Shown in pieces: positions 21,209 to 30,503 of a DNA stretch of 64,000 nt. The translations under genes were made by a program, and so were the position numbers. The stretch spans positions 928,001 to 992,000 of the forward strand of contig CAWGHO010000002.1 in NCBI GenBank assembly GCA_963822445.1, written 5' to 3'. A model generated the notes under the pieces. The model was not told the DNA's origin. It saw only the letters and a program-made list of their open reading frames with translations, and searched no databases. Origin of the DNA: an uncultured Acidobacteriota bacterium. Its GTDB lineage: Bacteria > Acidobacteriota > Thermoanaerobaculia > Gp7-AA8. The first letter of the stretch is position 1. Each line of letters opens with the position of its first letter.

Positions 21209-21223
21209 CGTATACTTGTTCAC

Positions 21224-21694
21224 GTGAACCGCACCATCGAATCAGCGCTGCGATTCGTGAATCTCACCGCATCCGGTCTTCTCGCCGGATCGCTCGGCTT
21301 CGGCAAGGCCGCTCTCGTTCCGGGATGGACCGACGAGTTGCCGCGTGAAGACGATGGAGAGATCACGCGCGTGGCCAGTTACTTCAACGCCATCGGCCCG
21401 GTCGCACTGGGCACGGCTGTGACGCTGGCGATTGCCGCGCCGCGCGGCGTACCCGTTCGCCGTCTGCTCGACGCCGCGGCCGCGATCGGCCTCGCCGGCG
21501 TTCTCGGCGCGACGATCATGGTCACGGTCCCGATCAACAAAGAGCTCGAAGCGCAGGCGCCGACCGACTATCCGAGCGATCGCTCGCAGTCACTCGTGAA
21601 GAACTGGTCGCGCGCGCATGCCGTGCGCACGACGCTTGGCATTGGCGCGTTCGTCTGCGCCGTGGCCGCGTCGAACATTCGTCACTCGAAGTGA
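21224..21694 (+). CDS. DUF1772 / anthrone-oxygenase-like membrane protein
   Basis: GLLAG, TVPINKEL, WSRAHAVRT; TATACT box 7 nt before GTG. Confidence 0.75.
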   Translation: MNRTIESALRFVNLTASGLLAGSLGFGKAALVPGWTDELPREDDGEITRVASYFNAIGPVALGTAVTLAIAAPRGVPVRRLLDAAAAIGLAGVLGATIMVTVPINKELEAQAPTDYPSDRSQSLVKNWSRAHAVRTTLGIGAFVCAVAASNIRHSK

Positions 21695-22590
21695 TCGAAG
21701 CCGCCCGGCAATAGCGGCTTGCCGTCGATTGTGACGGCGCTCTCCGTGATGCGGCCGATCCCATAGACCGGACGTCCGACGGCGCTGCTGAGTTCCGCTT
21801 CGCGCATCGATGAAGTGAAGAGCAGCGCGTACTCCTCGCCGCCGTTCAACACCAGCTCGCGAACATCGAGCTTCAGGCTTCGCGCGTGTGACTGCAGGTC
21901 GGCGAACACGGGGATCCGCTCTTTCTCGATTTCCGCGCCGCAGTTCGATGCGTTGCAGAGATGGTTGAGATCCGTGCTCAGTCCATCCGAGACGTCGATG
22001 CATGCGGTGACTCCCTCGAGCTTCGCCAGGGCCATGCCGAGGGCGACTTCAGGCTCAGGATCGATGTGCCGGCGCACCGCGGACTTGATGAACTCCTTTT
22101 CCGCGTAGCTGCCCCCTTCGACGTTCAGCAATTGCAGTCCGGCGGCAGAACCTCCGATCGGGCGCGACAGGTAAATACGATCGCCTTTCCTCGCGCCGGC
22201 GCGCAGCAGCGGACGGGTGATGACTTTGCCGATGGCGGTCACGCTGATGGTCAGCTTCTCGGCACGCGAAAGATCGCCGCCAATGATTTCGATGTCGTGC
22301 TCCCTCGCGGCTTCCGCGTACGCGACAAGCATCTCCTCGGCATTCACCCATTCCGGGAGAGCCAACGCCACTAGCGCGTATTGCGGCTGCGCGCCCATCG
22401 CCGCGAGATCCGACAGGTTCACGGCGAGGCTCTTGCGGGCGATGAAGCGGATGGGAATGTCGCGCGTGAAGTCCACGTCCTCGACGAGCATGTCCGTGGT
22501 CAGCACCTGCTCACCGACGACCGCGGCGTCATCGCCGATGCGATCGGAGAACAGCTGCTTCGCCCGCGCGACGAGGTCGCGCTCGTTCAT
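21682..22590 (-). CDS. thiL: Thiamine-monophosphate kinase
   Basis: IGDDAAV, TTDMLVE, NLSDLAAMGA, IDVSDGL, GGEEYAL; ATGA overlap with truA. Confidence 0.93.
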   Translation of the reverse strand: MNERDLVARAKQLFSDRIGDDAAVVGEQVLTTDMLVEDVDFTRDIPIRFIARKSLAVNLSDLAAMGAQPQYALVALALPEWVNAEEMLVAYAEAAREHDIEIIGGDLSRAEKLTISVTAIGKVITRPLLRAGARKGDRIYLSRPIGGSAAGLQLLNVEGGSYAEKEFIKSAVRRHIDPEPEVALGMALAKLEGVTACIDVSDGLSTDLNHLCNASNCGAEIEKERIPVFADLQSHARSLKLDVRELVLNGGEEYALLFTSSMREAELSSAVGRPVYGIGRITESAVTIDGKPLLPGGFDHFE

Positions 22591-23381
22591 CGCGTTCTCC
22601 GCGGCGTCCAGGTTTCCACGGGCACGATCGGGGCGAGCGGACGGTCGAACGTTTCCCCTTCGTACACGATCGCTTCGAGAAAAAGGCCCGACGGCGGCGC
22701 GGTTGGCTGCCAGGGCTCGCCCTTCGCGTTCAACCGCTTGGCGATGTCGCTCTCGTTGCCGCGACCAACTTCGACGAGGTAGGACGTCACCTTGCGCACC
22801 ATCTTCCAGAGAAAGTGCGAAGCAGCGATGCGCAGCAGAATCAGTTCGCCGGCGCGTGCGAGCTCGCAGCGCTCGACGACCACGATCCGCGATTCGTCTT
22901 CCTTGAGCCGTTTGTCCGTGAACGCGCTGAAGTCGTGGCGGCCGGCGATCGACTTCGCCTCTTTCTCCATCGCCTCGAAGTCCAGCCGGTCCTTGATCCA
23001 CCAGACGAACGGCTTGGCGAACGCCGTCCGGCGCGTCGAGATCTGGTAGAGATAAATGCGCGAGGTCGCATCGTGCCGCGCGTGAAAGTTGTCGCGTGCG
23101 CGAACGGCGTCGGTGATGTGGATGTCGTGCGGGAGAAGGTCGTTGATCTTGCGAGCGATGACGCGCGGATCGTCGGTCTTGCGAGCCCGCAGATGCGCGA
23201 CCTGCGCGGATGCGTGAACGCCCGCGTCGGTGCGTCCCGCGCCGCCGAGATCGACCTCGCCGAGGACGTCGCGCGCCGCACGGAGGAGGTGGCCCTGCAC
23301 CGTCTTCTGCGTGTTACCCTGCGCCTGCCAACCGGAGTAGCGAGTTCCTTCGTACTCGATCGTCAGCTTGTAAGTCGGCAT
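22587..23381 (-). CDS. truA: tRNA pseudouridine(38-40) synthase
   Basis: YEGTRYSGWQ, AGRTDAGVHA, FHARHDA, FLWKMVR. Confidence 0.95.
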   Translation of the reverse strand: MPTYKLTIEYEGTRYSGWQAQGNTQKTVQGHLLRAARDVLGEVDLGGAGRTDAGVHASAQVAHLRARKTDDPRVIARKINDLLPHDIHITDAVRARDNFHARHDATSRIYLYQISTRRTAFAKPFVWWIKDRLDFEAMEKEAKSIAGRHDFSAFTDKRLKEDESRIVVVERCELARAGELILLRIAASHFLWKMVRKVTSYLVEVGRGNESDIAKRLNAKGEPWQPTAPPSGLFLEAIVYEGETFDRPLAPIVPVETWTPRRTR

Positions 23382-23508
23382 TGTTTAGTCTATGCCGCGC
23401 AAAGACGCGGCATCTCCCGTGCCGCCGGCATCAGAAGGTGCGCACTTCGCGATGGTTGCGCGAAGAGATCCCGCGTCTACGCGCGGGATGAACTGAAAGG
23501 AAGTCGGC

Positions 23509-23820
23509 ATGCGCCCGCGTTCGTACCAGACAGTCGGTGAGTTCTTCGTCGTCGTGTGGGACGACGGCCACGAATCATACTATCCGCTCGAAGACCTCCG
23601 CCGCGCCTGCCCCTGCGCCGTCTGCAGCGGCGAGCCCGACCTCTTCGGCCGCATGGCCGGCGGCCTCCCCCAGCACTACAGCCCCCGCTCGTTCACTCTC
23701 GTATCCGTAGAGCAGGTCGGCAACTACGCCCTCCAACCAAACTGGGCGGACGGGCATACCTACGGGATCTGGACCTACGAACGACTGCGCGCGTTCTGCG
23801 CGGATTGCGCGGTCAAGTAA
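23509..23820 (+). CDS. DUF971 (GBBH-like N-terminal) protein
   Basis: WDDGH..LRRACPCAVC..VGNYAL..WADGH..GIW. Confidence 0.9.
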   Translation: MRPRSYQTVGEFFVVVWDDGHESYYPLEDLRRACPCAVCSGEPDLFGRMAGGLPQHYSPRSFTLVSVEQVGNYALQPNWADGHTYGIWTYERLRAFCADCAVK

Positions 23821-23839
23821 CACCGAGGTAGCCTCGGAT

Positions 23840-24346
23840 GTGGTCTGGAACGTTCACTGGGACCCGGCGAAGGCTGAAGCGAACTGGCGCAAACACGGCA
23901 TTCGATTCGAAGAAGCAGAAGCCGTGCTTCGCGATCCGCTGAGCGTCACGTTCGACGACCCAGTTCACTCGGATGACGAAGATCGATACCTGGCCGTCGG
24001 CGAGATGCCGTACGGCCGTCTCATCATCATCTCTTACACGATCCGTGACGATGAAGCGTGGTTGATCAGTGCACGCAGAGCGTCACGGGCAGAAAGGAAA
24101 CGCTATATGAAAGGAGATCGAATTCGCGACCGCGAAGACAGCGACGAAGGCATCAATTTCGAAGACATCCCGGAGATCTTCGACTTCTCCAACGGCATCC
24201 GGGGCCGCCACTACATTCCGATGTCGATCACGCGCGTGAGCATTGCCGACGACGTGGCGCGGTACTACAACGACGATGAATCCGTGAACACGGCCCTGCG
24301 CATGCTCATCGACGAAGGCCGCGCACCGAAGCCGCGGAACGAATGA
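23840..24346 (+). CDS. BrnT-family toxin fused in frame to an antitoxin-like domain
   Basis: WDPAKAEANWRKHGIRFEEA..LISARRA (BrnT) followed by FDFSNGIRG..DDVA..SVNTALRML (antitoxin-type motif). Confidence 0.8.
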   Translation: MVWNVHWDPAKAEANWRKHGIRFEEAEAVLRDPLSVTFDDPVHSDDEDRYLAVGEMPYGRLIIISYTIRDDEAWLISARRASRAERKRYMKGDRIRDREDSDEGINFEDIPEIFDFSNGIRGRHYIPMSITRVSIADDVARYYNDDESVNTALRMLIDEGRAPKPRNE

Positions 24347-24575
24347 GACGCCAGTACGACTTCTGATTTTCGAGCGCGCGCCCACCATCGCCATCGGTCT
24401 GATTGAAGAAGCCACACGCGATTTCTTCGCTGCAATTCTCGAGATCAGTTGCGACGACTGTCTCGTCACCGACGAGTCAGAGTTGGGCATTTCATCACCG
24501 ACGAGACGCCTCGTGATCTTGCGGATTCTGCGGCGCATAGCGGAATATCAGCGCGTAGCGCGTGCGATCAACTGA
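24342..24575 (+). pseudogene. Possible degenerate small-gene remnant
   Basis: Start-less open frame (…EEATRDFFAAILEISCDDCLVTDESEL…) in a somewhat less GC-rich stretch. Confidence 0.25.
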
Positions 24576-25526
24576 TCACGCCACGATCACCGTCCCATCC
24601 TTCCCTTCCAGCGCCTCGCGCAACACGTCGACGTCCGTGATCAACACCTGCCGCTTCGTGGCGCGGACGAACTGGAGCGCCGACTCGATCTTCGGGCCCA
24701 TCGACCCGGCGGGGAACTGGCCGTCGGCGAGGTGTTTTTCGGCTTCGGCGACGGTGATCCGTTCGAGGAACTTCTCAGTCGGCTTGCCGAAGTCGATCGC
24801 GACTTTGGGGACTCCCGTGAGGATGATGAACACGTCGGCCTTCAGTTCCGTCGCGACAAGCGCCGAAGCGAAGTCTTTGTCGATGACGGCTTCGATTCCG
24901 CGCCACTGACCGTCGCGGCCTTTCACGACCGGGATACCGCCACCGCCCGCGGCAACGACGACCGAAGCGCTGTCGAGCATCCGCTCGACAGTCTTGATGT
25001 TCAGGATGCGCAGCGGACGCGGCGACGGAACGACGTGTCGCCAGCCGCGGCCCGCGTCTTCGCGCATGGTCCATCCGAGGTCGCGCTCGAGCGCTTCCGC
25101 GCGATAGCGGGTGAAGAACGGTCCGATCGGTTTGGTCGGACGCTTGAACGCGACGTCGTTCACGTCGACCTCCACCTCCGTCAGGATCGTCGCCACTTCG
25201 CCGCCGAGGCCGATCGATTCGAGACGATTGCGAATGGCCTGCTGCAGCATGAAACCGATCGAGCCCTCCGTCTGCGCGACGCAGACGTCCAGCGATTGCG
25301 GCGGAATCTTCGTCGACGCCTCTTCGGCCTGCACGAGGATGTTGCCGACCTGCGGCCCGTTTCCGTGCACGACGATGAGCCTGTAGCCGTGCCGCACGAT
25401 CTCGGCGAGCCAGCGCGCGGCCTGCTTCGCCCGCGCGATCTGCTCCTCCTGTGTCCCGCGATCCTCGGGGCGAAGAAGGGCGTTCCCGCCGAATGCAACG
25501 ACAGCCAGCTTGTCGCGATCCGGCAA
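24576..25526 (-). CDS. arcC: Carbamate kinase
   Basis: AFGGNAL, HGNGPQVG, PTKPIGPF, GGGGIPV, AVIDKD, GSMGPK. Confidence 0.96.
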   Translation of the reverse strand: MPDRDKLAVVAFGGNALLRPEDRGTQEEQIARAKQAARWLAEIVRHGYRLIVVHGNGPQVGNILVQAEEASTKIPPQSLDVCVAQTEGSIGFMLQQAIRNRLESIGLGGEVATILTEVEVDVNDVAFKRPTKPIGPFFTRYRAEALERDLGWTMREDAGRGWRHVVPSPRPLRILNIKTVERMLDSASVVVAAGGGGIPVVKGRDGQWRGIEAVIDKDFASALVATELKADVFIILTGVPKVAIDFGKPTEKFLERITVAEAEKHLADGQFPAGSMGPKIESALQFVRATKRQVLITDVDVLREALEGKDGTVIVA

Positions 25527-26795
25527 TCAGAGCTCCTCGCGCTCGAGAGGCATGGTCATGCAGCGCGGCCCGCCGCGCGCGCGGGACAGCTCGTTGCCGG
25601 CGATCTGCACCGCGTACTTTTTGCTGGTCCAGGTCTCGAGCTCCGTGCGGCCGAGGAGCACGTCGTCCTCGTACACGATGTGATAGCCGTGGCGCGCAAG
25701 CTCCTCGGCCGTCCGCACGTTGCGCTCGTAGCCGAGGATGATTCCGGGCGCGAGCGCGAACGCGTTTGCGCCGTCCGTCCACTGCTCGCGCTGCTGATCG
25801 ACGGAACGTTTTCCGCCGCAGTACACCGGCTCGAGATCGAAGCCCTTCTTCTTCAGCGCTGCCAGCAGCGATTTCTGATCGGTGTATGCCAGGGCGCGCT
25901 TCTTCGTGAGATCGACCATCGTCACTTTCGCGGCCTGCCCGCCGCTCGGCAGGATCACCGGCGGATAGATGAGGCATTCGTTCCGGCTGATGAAGGTGAA
26001 GATCGTGTCGAGATGCATGAACGAGCGGGCCCGGGGGATGTCGACGATGATCACCGTCTTCACGCCAGCCTTCGCGTCCTTGAGCGACCGGATCAGCGCC
26101 TCGACACCGGCGCGATTGGTGCGCTCGGTGATTCCGACCAGGAGCAGGTCGCGTCGCGGCACGAGCACGTCGCCGCCCTCCAGCGTGGGCATGTTGCGTG
26201 ACATCGGGCGTTCGCGCTCGGTCTCCATGAAGTCGACCCAGAACATGTCCCGTTCGCGGAAATGGGGGTGGTACTGAAAGACGTACTTCGACAGCAAGGA
26301 CTCGCGTCGCCGGGCCTGCGTGGCCATCGAGGAGATGACCACGCGATCGCCGAGGACGACCTGGGGGTCGCGCATGAAGAAGAGGTTCGGGATCGGGAAG
26401 AGGTCGAACTGAGGCAGCTCGCCGGAGCCTGTCTCGCGAGCAATACCGGCGATCAGAACCTCCGCGAGCGCCGCGGGTTTTTCCTCGAGCAGCCGTTTCA
26501 GGAGCGGACGGCCGAGTCGGTTGCGCTTGGCGAGGTCGCGGACGATGTGCTCCTTGACGTCCGCATCCTCGAAGACTTCCTCGAGCAGATCCTGGAGGTC
26601 GAGCACGTCATCGGCAACGAAGCGGATGAGCTGCTGAAACCGGCGATGCTCCTCGCGGGCGACCTGTCCGTAAAGGATGTCGTCGAAAAGCAGCTGGGCC
26701 ATCATCGGCGGGACCATCTGGTCGATCTCCCGCCCGGGAAGGTGGACCAGCACACTCTTGAGTCTGCCGATCTCACTGGTTACGTTCAGTCGCAT
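25527..26795 (-). CDS. arcA: Arginine deiminase
   Basis: SEIGRLKSV, LLFDDI, FMRD, LEGGD, MHLDT, ELSRARGGPRCMTMP. Confidence 0.96.
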   Translation of the reverse strand: MRLNVTSEIGRLKSVLVHLPGREIDQMVPPMMAQLLFDDILYGQVAREEHRRFQQLIRFVADDVLDLQDLLEEVFEDADVKEHIVRDLAKRNRLGRPLLKRLLEEKPAALAEVLIAGIARETGSGELPQFDLFPIPNLFFMRDPQVVLGDRVVISSMATQARRRESLLSKYVFQYHPHFRERDMFWVDFMETERERPMSRNMPTLEGGDVLVPRRDLLLVGITERTNRAGVEALIRSLKDAKAGVKTVIIVDIPRARSFMHLDTIFTFISRNECLIYPPVILPSGGQAAKVTMVDLTKKRALAYTDQKSLLAALKKKGFDLEPVYCGGKRSVDQQREQWTDGANAFALAPGIILGYERNVRTAEELARHGYHIVYEDDVLLGRTELETWTSKKYAVQIAGNELSRARGGPRCMTMPLEREEL

Positions 26796-26853
26796 GCGCG
26801 GCGCATTCTACCGGCTCGGAAGGGGTGAAAAACGGCGTAAAATCCACCCATCC

Positions 26854-27723
26854 ATGCGCTTCGGGCCGGCGCTTTTCCTCGTTTGCAGCATCTCCACTCT
26901 TGCGTTCGCCGCTTCGCCGCGGGTCACGTACGAACGGATCATCCCCGCGCCGTACAGCCTCGGCGACGCGGAACAGGTGGCGCTGGTGGGTGCCATCGGA
27001 GACACGATCGGCGTGGAAGTCTTCATCGATCATCTGCTCGAACAGACCAATCGCTCCGGAACGCTGCGGCTGAACGACGACCGGAGCCGCCGGCATGCCT
27101 TCGTCCTCGAACACCTGCGCAAATCGGCGGACGCCGACGCGTACCTGGTCGTTCGCGCGTTCACCTGCGGCAGTGAAGACAAAACCGGCGAGGGCAGCGC
27201 CCGCGACCCGGATGGGAAGCGCGTCCCCCGGCGCGATACCTGGGTGGAAACGCGCTGCTCGGCCAAGGTCGACGCCCTGACGGCTGCCGGCGCGCGGCTC
27301 TCGTTCAGCATCAAAGGCGTCGGAACGTCGACGCGCACGGAGAGAATCACCGACGACGACCGGGAAGACGCGTTGATCCATGCCGCGCGGTTCGCGGCGA
27401 TCGACGCGACCGAGAAGATCACACCGCGTCGCGTTCGCGAAACGGTTCTGCTCGATGAGACCGCGCCGGGAGTCGACGAGGCCTACGCATTGATCAGCAA
27501 CGGCAATCTGACCGGCGCGCGGGATTTGTGGCTGCAGGAGCTGAGGCGTAAGCCGGGGCTGGCCTCGCTGCACTTCAACATCGCCGCGGTCTGCGAAGCC
27601 CTCGGCGACGCGAAGAACGCCGAGCAGAATTACACCGCCGCGGAGAGGCTCGCGCCGAAGGAAAAACGGTACGCCGTGGAGCTCAGAAGCTTCCACCGGC
27701 GTACCGGTTCACCCAGGCGCTGA
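26854..27723 (+). CDS. Exported protein with C-terminal TPR
   Basis: Signal peptide MRFGPALFLVCSISTLAFA; LHFNIAAVCEALGD TPR. Confidence 0.7.
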   Translation: MRFGPALFLVCSISTLAFAASPRVTYERIIPAPYSLGDAEQVALVGAIGDTIGVEVFIDHLLEQTNRSGTLRLNDDRSRRHAFVLEHLRKSADADAYLVVRAFTCGSEDKTGEGSARDPDGKRVPRRDTWVETRCSAKVDALTAAGARLSFSIKGVGTSTRTERITDDDREDALIHAARFAAIDATEKITPRRVRETVLLDETAPGVDEAYALISNGNLTGARDLWLQELRRKPGLASLHFNIAAVCEALGDAKNAEQNYTAAERLAPKEKRYAVELRSFHRRTGSPRR

Positions 27724-27761
27724 GCGGAATCTTTCCTCTTCCGGCCTGTTCAGACCGCCGC

Positions 27762-29378
27762 ATGAGCAACGCGGTAATGGACCTAAGCGACGAGCTGACG
27801 CGCGAGGTGGCTCGCCGGCGGACCTTCGCCATCATTTCGCACCCCGACGCGGGCAAGACCACCCTCACCGAGAAGCTCCTCCTCTACGGCGGCGCGATCG
27901 AGGAAGCGGGGTCGGTCCGCGCGCGGAAGCAGCAGCGTCACACGACGTCGGACTTCATGGCCATCGAGCAGAGCCGCGGGATCTCCATCAGCTCGACAGT
28001 CCTGCAGTTCGAGTACGACGGCTCGGTTCTGAACCTCCTCGACACCCCGGGCCACCAGGATTTTTCCGAGGATACGTACCGGACCTTGGCGGCCACGGAT
28101 AGCGCGGTGATGGTGCTCGACGGCGCGAAGGGCATCGAGCCGCAGACGCGGAAGCTCTTCGAAGTCTGCCGGATGCGGCACATCCCCATCCTCTGCTTCG
28201 TCAACAAGCTCGATCAGCCGGCCAAGGATCCGTTCGAGCTGCTCAGCGAGATCGAGCGCGAGCTCAAGGTCTCCGCGGTGCCGATGAACTGGCCGATCGG
28301 CGACGGGCCGACGTTCCAGGGCGTGTACGACCTGCGTCACCAGCAGGTCCTGCGGTTCGAGCGGACGAAGCACGGCGCGCATATCGCTCCGGTCACGGTC
28401 AGCGGTCTCGATGATCCGAGTCTGGAAGACCAGCTCGGCCCGCACGCCTGGCAGGAACTGCGCGATGCGGCGGAGCTCCTCGACGGCGCCGGCGCCGCGT
28501 TCGATCGCAAGCAGTTCGAGTATGGCCGCGTGATTCCGGTGTTTTACGGCAGCGCGGTGAACAACTTCGGCGTCGAGCCGTTCCTGCGCGCGGTCATCGA
28601 ATTCGCGCCGCCGCCTTCGCCGCGTCACGCGAAGCAGGGCGGCGAGGACTTCGAGCTCGAGCCGACCTCGGACACCTTCACCGGATTCGTCTTCAAGATC
28701 CAGGCGAACATGGACAAGCGCCACCGCGATCGCCTGGCCTTCATGCGCATCACCTCGGGCATCTTCGAGCGGGACATGGAGGTGCATCACGCGCGGCTTC
28801 GCCGCCAGGTGCGCATGACCCGTCCTCATCGCCTTTTCGCGCAGGAGCGCGAGACCATCGATCGCGCGTTTCCGGGGGACGTCATCGGATTCGTGAATCC
28901 CGGCCTTTTCCAGATCGGCGACGCCGTTTCATCGGGCACGCCCGTCGACTTCGATCGCATCCCCCGCTTCGCGCCGGAGTTTTTCGCGACGCTGCGCGCG
29001 AAGCAGGTCACGCGGCAGAAGCAGTTTCAGAAAGGGCTGGAGCAGCTCGAAGAGGAAGGGGCCATGCAGGTCTTCGTGGTGCACGACGGCCTGAAGAGCG
29101 AGCCGATTCTCGCGGTCGTCGGCGAGCTTCAGTTCGACGTGCTGCAGTCGCGCCTCGAGACCGAGTACAACGTCGAGACTACGCTCACGACCCTGCCGTA
29201 CAAGATCGCCCGCTGGGTCGATCGCGACGTCGACGACGTGACGAGGATGACCCTGCCCTCACGCGCGCGCATCGCTACGGACCGGAACGATCACCCGGTC
29301 GTGCTCTTCACGTCCGAATGGGAGCTGGAGTACGCGCAGAAAGAGAATCAGGGCGTCGAGTTCGCGGCGGCTTCGTAG
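27762..29378 (+). CDS. prfC: Peptide chain release factor 3
   Basis: RRTFAIISHPDAGKTTLTEKLL, DTPGHQDFSEDTYR. Confidence 0.97.
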   Translation: MSNAVMDLSDELTREVARRRTFAIISHPDAGKTTLTEKLLLYGGAIEEAGSVRARKQQRHTTSDFMAIEQSRGISISSTVLQFEYDGSVLNLLDTPGHQDFSEDTYRTLAATDSAVMVLDGAKGIEPQTRKLFEVCRMRHIPILCFVNKLDQPAKDPFELLSEIERELKVSAVPMNWPIGDGPTFQGVYDLRHQQVLRFERTKHGAHIAPVTVSGLDDPSLEDQLGPHAWQELRDAAELLDGAGAAFDRKQFEYGRVIPVFYGSAVNNFGVEPFLRAVIEFAPPPSPRHAKQGGEDFELEPTSDTFTGFVFKIQANMDKRHRDRLAFMRITSGIFERDMEVHHARLRRQVRMTRPHRLFAQERETIDRAFPGDVIGFVNPGLFQIGDAVSSGTPVDFDRIPRFAPEFFATLRAKQVTRQKQFQKGLEQLEEEGAMQVFVVHDGLKSEPILAVVGELQFDVLQSRLETEYNVETTLTTLPYKIARWVDRDVDDVTRMTLPSRARIATDRNDHPVVLFTSEWELEYAQKENQGVEFAAAS

Positions 29379-30481
29379 CGCTCCAACCACTTCTTGTACT
29401 CGAACGGCGAGATCTCACTCGGCTTGATCTCGCTCCGGCCGCCCCAGAACACGTTCGTGTAGCTCACCGGAATGCCGATCGACTCGAGATGCTCGTCGAT
29501 GGCTTTCTTGTGAGCGAGAACCATCTCTTTCTCGGTCCCGTGGGCGACGGCCATGATGTTCACGTTGCGGAACTCCGGGCCGCCCTCGCGCCAGTAGCAG
29601 TGCGTGAGGATGTGGAACCGCCCCACTTCACGTCCTGCCTCGATCTCCCGGCCCGGCGGCACGGCCCAGTGGAAAAGCGCGTTGAACCGCGTGACGCGCT
29701 CGCCTGACTGCAGCGGCTTCACGTGCTCGAGGAAGGTCGAGAAGCGGCCGATCACGCGCCGCTCGTTGAGATTCTCAGCGACCGCGTAAAACACATCGGC
29801 CAGCAGGTTGGCCTCGTCGGCGCGGCGCTCCCAGAGATCGCGCGTGATCTCCTCCGGCTCGACTTCGCGTTTCAGCGCCGTCAGAACCTGCCACTCGAGA
29901 TCGCTCAGCTCGACCTTCGCGGTGTCTTTCACTTCCGCCAGCTCTTCGGACTTCGAGCCCGGCTCCATGCCTTTGCGGCGGACGTGGCCGACGCCGAGGG
30001 CGAAGATGCGCTTCGCAGGCATCACGCGGAAATGGTCGGCGCCGGTGAGCTTGGCCAGAAGCGCGCAGTGATCCTCGACGCGCTGTCCCTGCGGAACTTT
30101 CACAGTCGTCCAGAGCCGGTAGCTCGATCCCGGCGTGGCCGCGTCGGTCGAGCGGATGACGACATGTCCGGAGAACGGGTCCTCTTTGAACATGAAGTCG
30201 AAGGCCTCATCGAGCTTCTCCGGCGGAAACTGCCACGCCACCAGGGCCCCTTCGGCCAGATTGGTGGCCATGAGCGTCTGCCGTACGCGGCGAATCGTTC
30301 CTCCGCGGAGCATGGCCCGGATGCGTTCCATCACCAGTTCCGGCTCGAGTCCGGTCTGGCGGGCGATCTCGCCGAACGGGTCGCGCACGAAGCCCTGGAT
30401 GCGGTCCTCGGACACGGCAAGGATCTGGGCGTTGATCGAATCAGTGTGGGCAATAGGAGTTTCGGCACTGGCCGTGGTCAT
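29348..30481 (-). CDS. Lrp/AsnC-like siroheme decarboxylase (AhbA/AhbB, NirDL-type fusion)
   Basis: Two Lrp-like repeats; HVVIRS and THCYWR motifs; NIMAVAHG. Confidence 0.7.
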   Translation of the reverse strand: MTTASAETPIAHTDSINAQILAVSEDRIQGFVRDPFGEIARQTGLEPELVMERIRAMLRGGTIRRVRQTLMATNLAEGALVAWQFPPEKLDEAFDFMFKEDPFSGHVVIRSTDAATPGSSYRLWTTVKVPQGQRVEDHCALLAKLTGADHFRVMPAKRIFALGVGHVRRKGMEPGSKSEELAEVKDTAKVELSDLEWQVLTALKREVEPEEITRDLWERRADEANLLADVFYAVAENLNERRVIGRFSTFLEHVKPLQSGERVTRFNALFHWAVPPGREIEAGREVGRFHILTHCYWREGGPEFRNVNIMAVAHGTEKEMVLAHKKAIDEHLESIGIPVSYTNVFWGGRSEIKPSEISPFEYKKWLERYEAAANSTP

Positions 30482-30503
30482 GGGACGGAATGATATTCGA
30501 GGC

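Noticed and set aside
21682-23001. 439-aa ThiL with a long N-terminal extension
   Set aside because: The extension is an off-frame reading of truA; the real start is the ATG at 22590 overlapping the truA stop.
23409-23424. Sigma54-like CGGCAC-N5-ATGC upstream of truA
   Set aside because: A sigma70-type TAGACT box right before the ATG explains expression; a chance match is plausible in GC-rich DNA.
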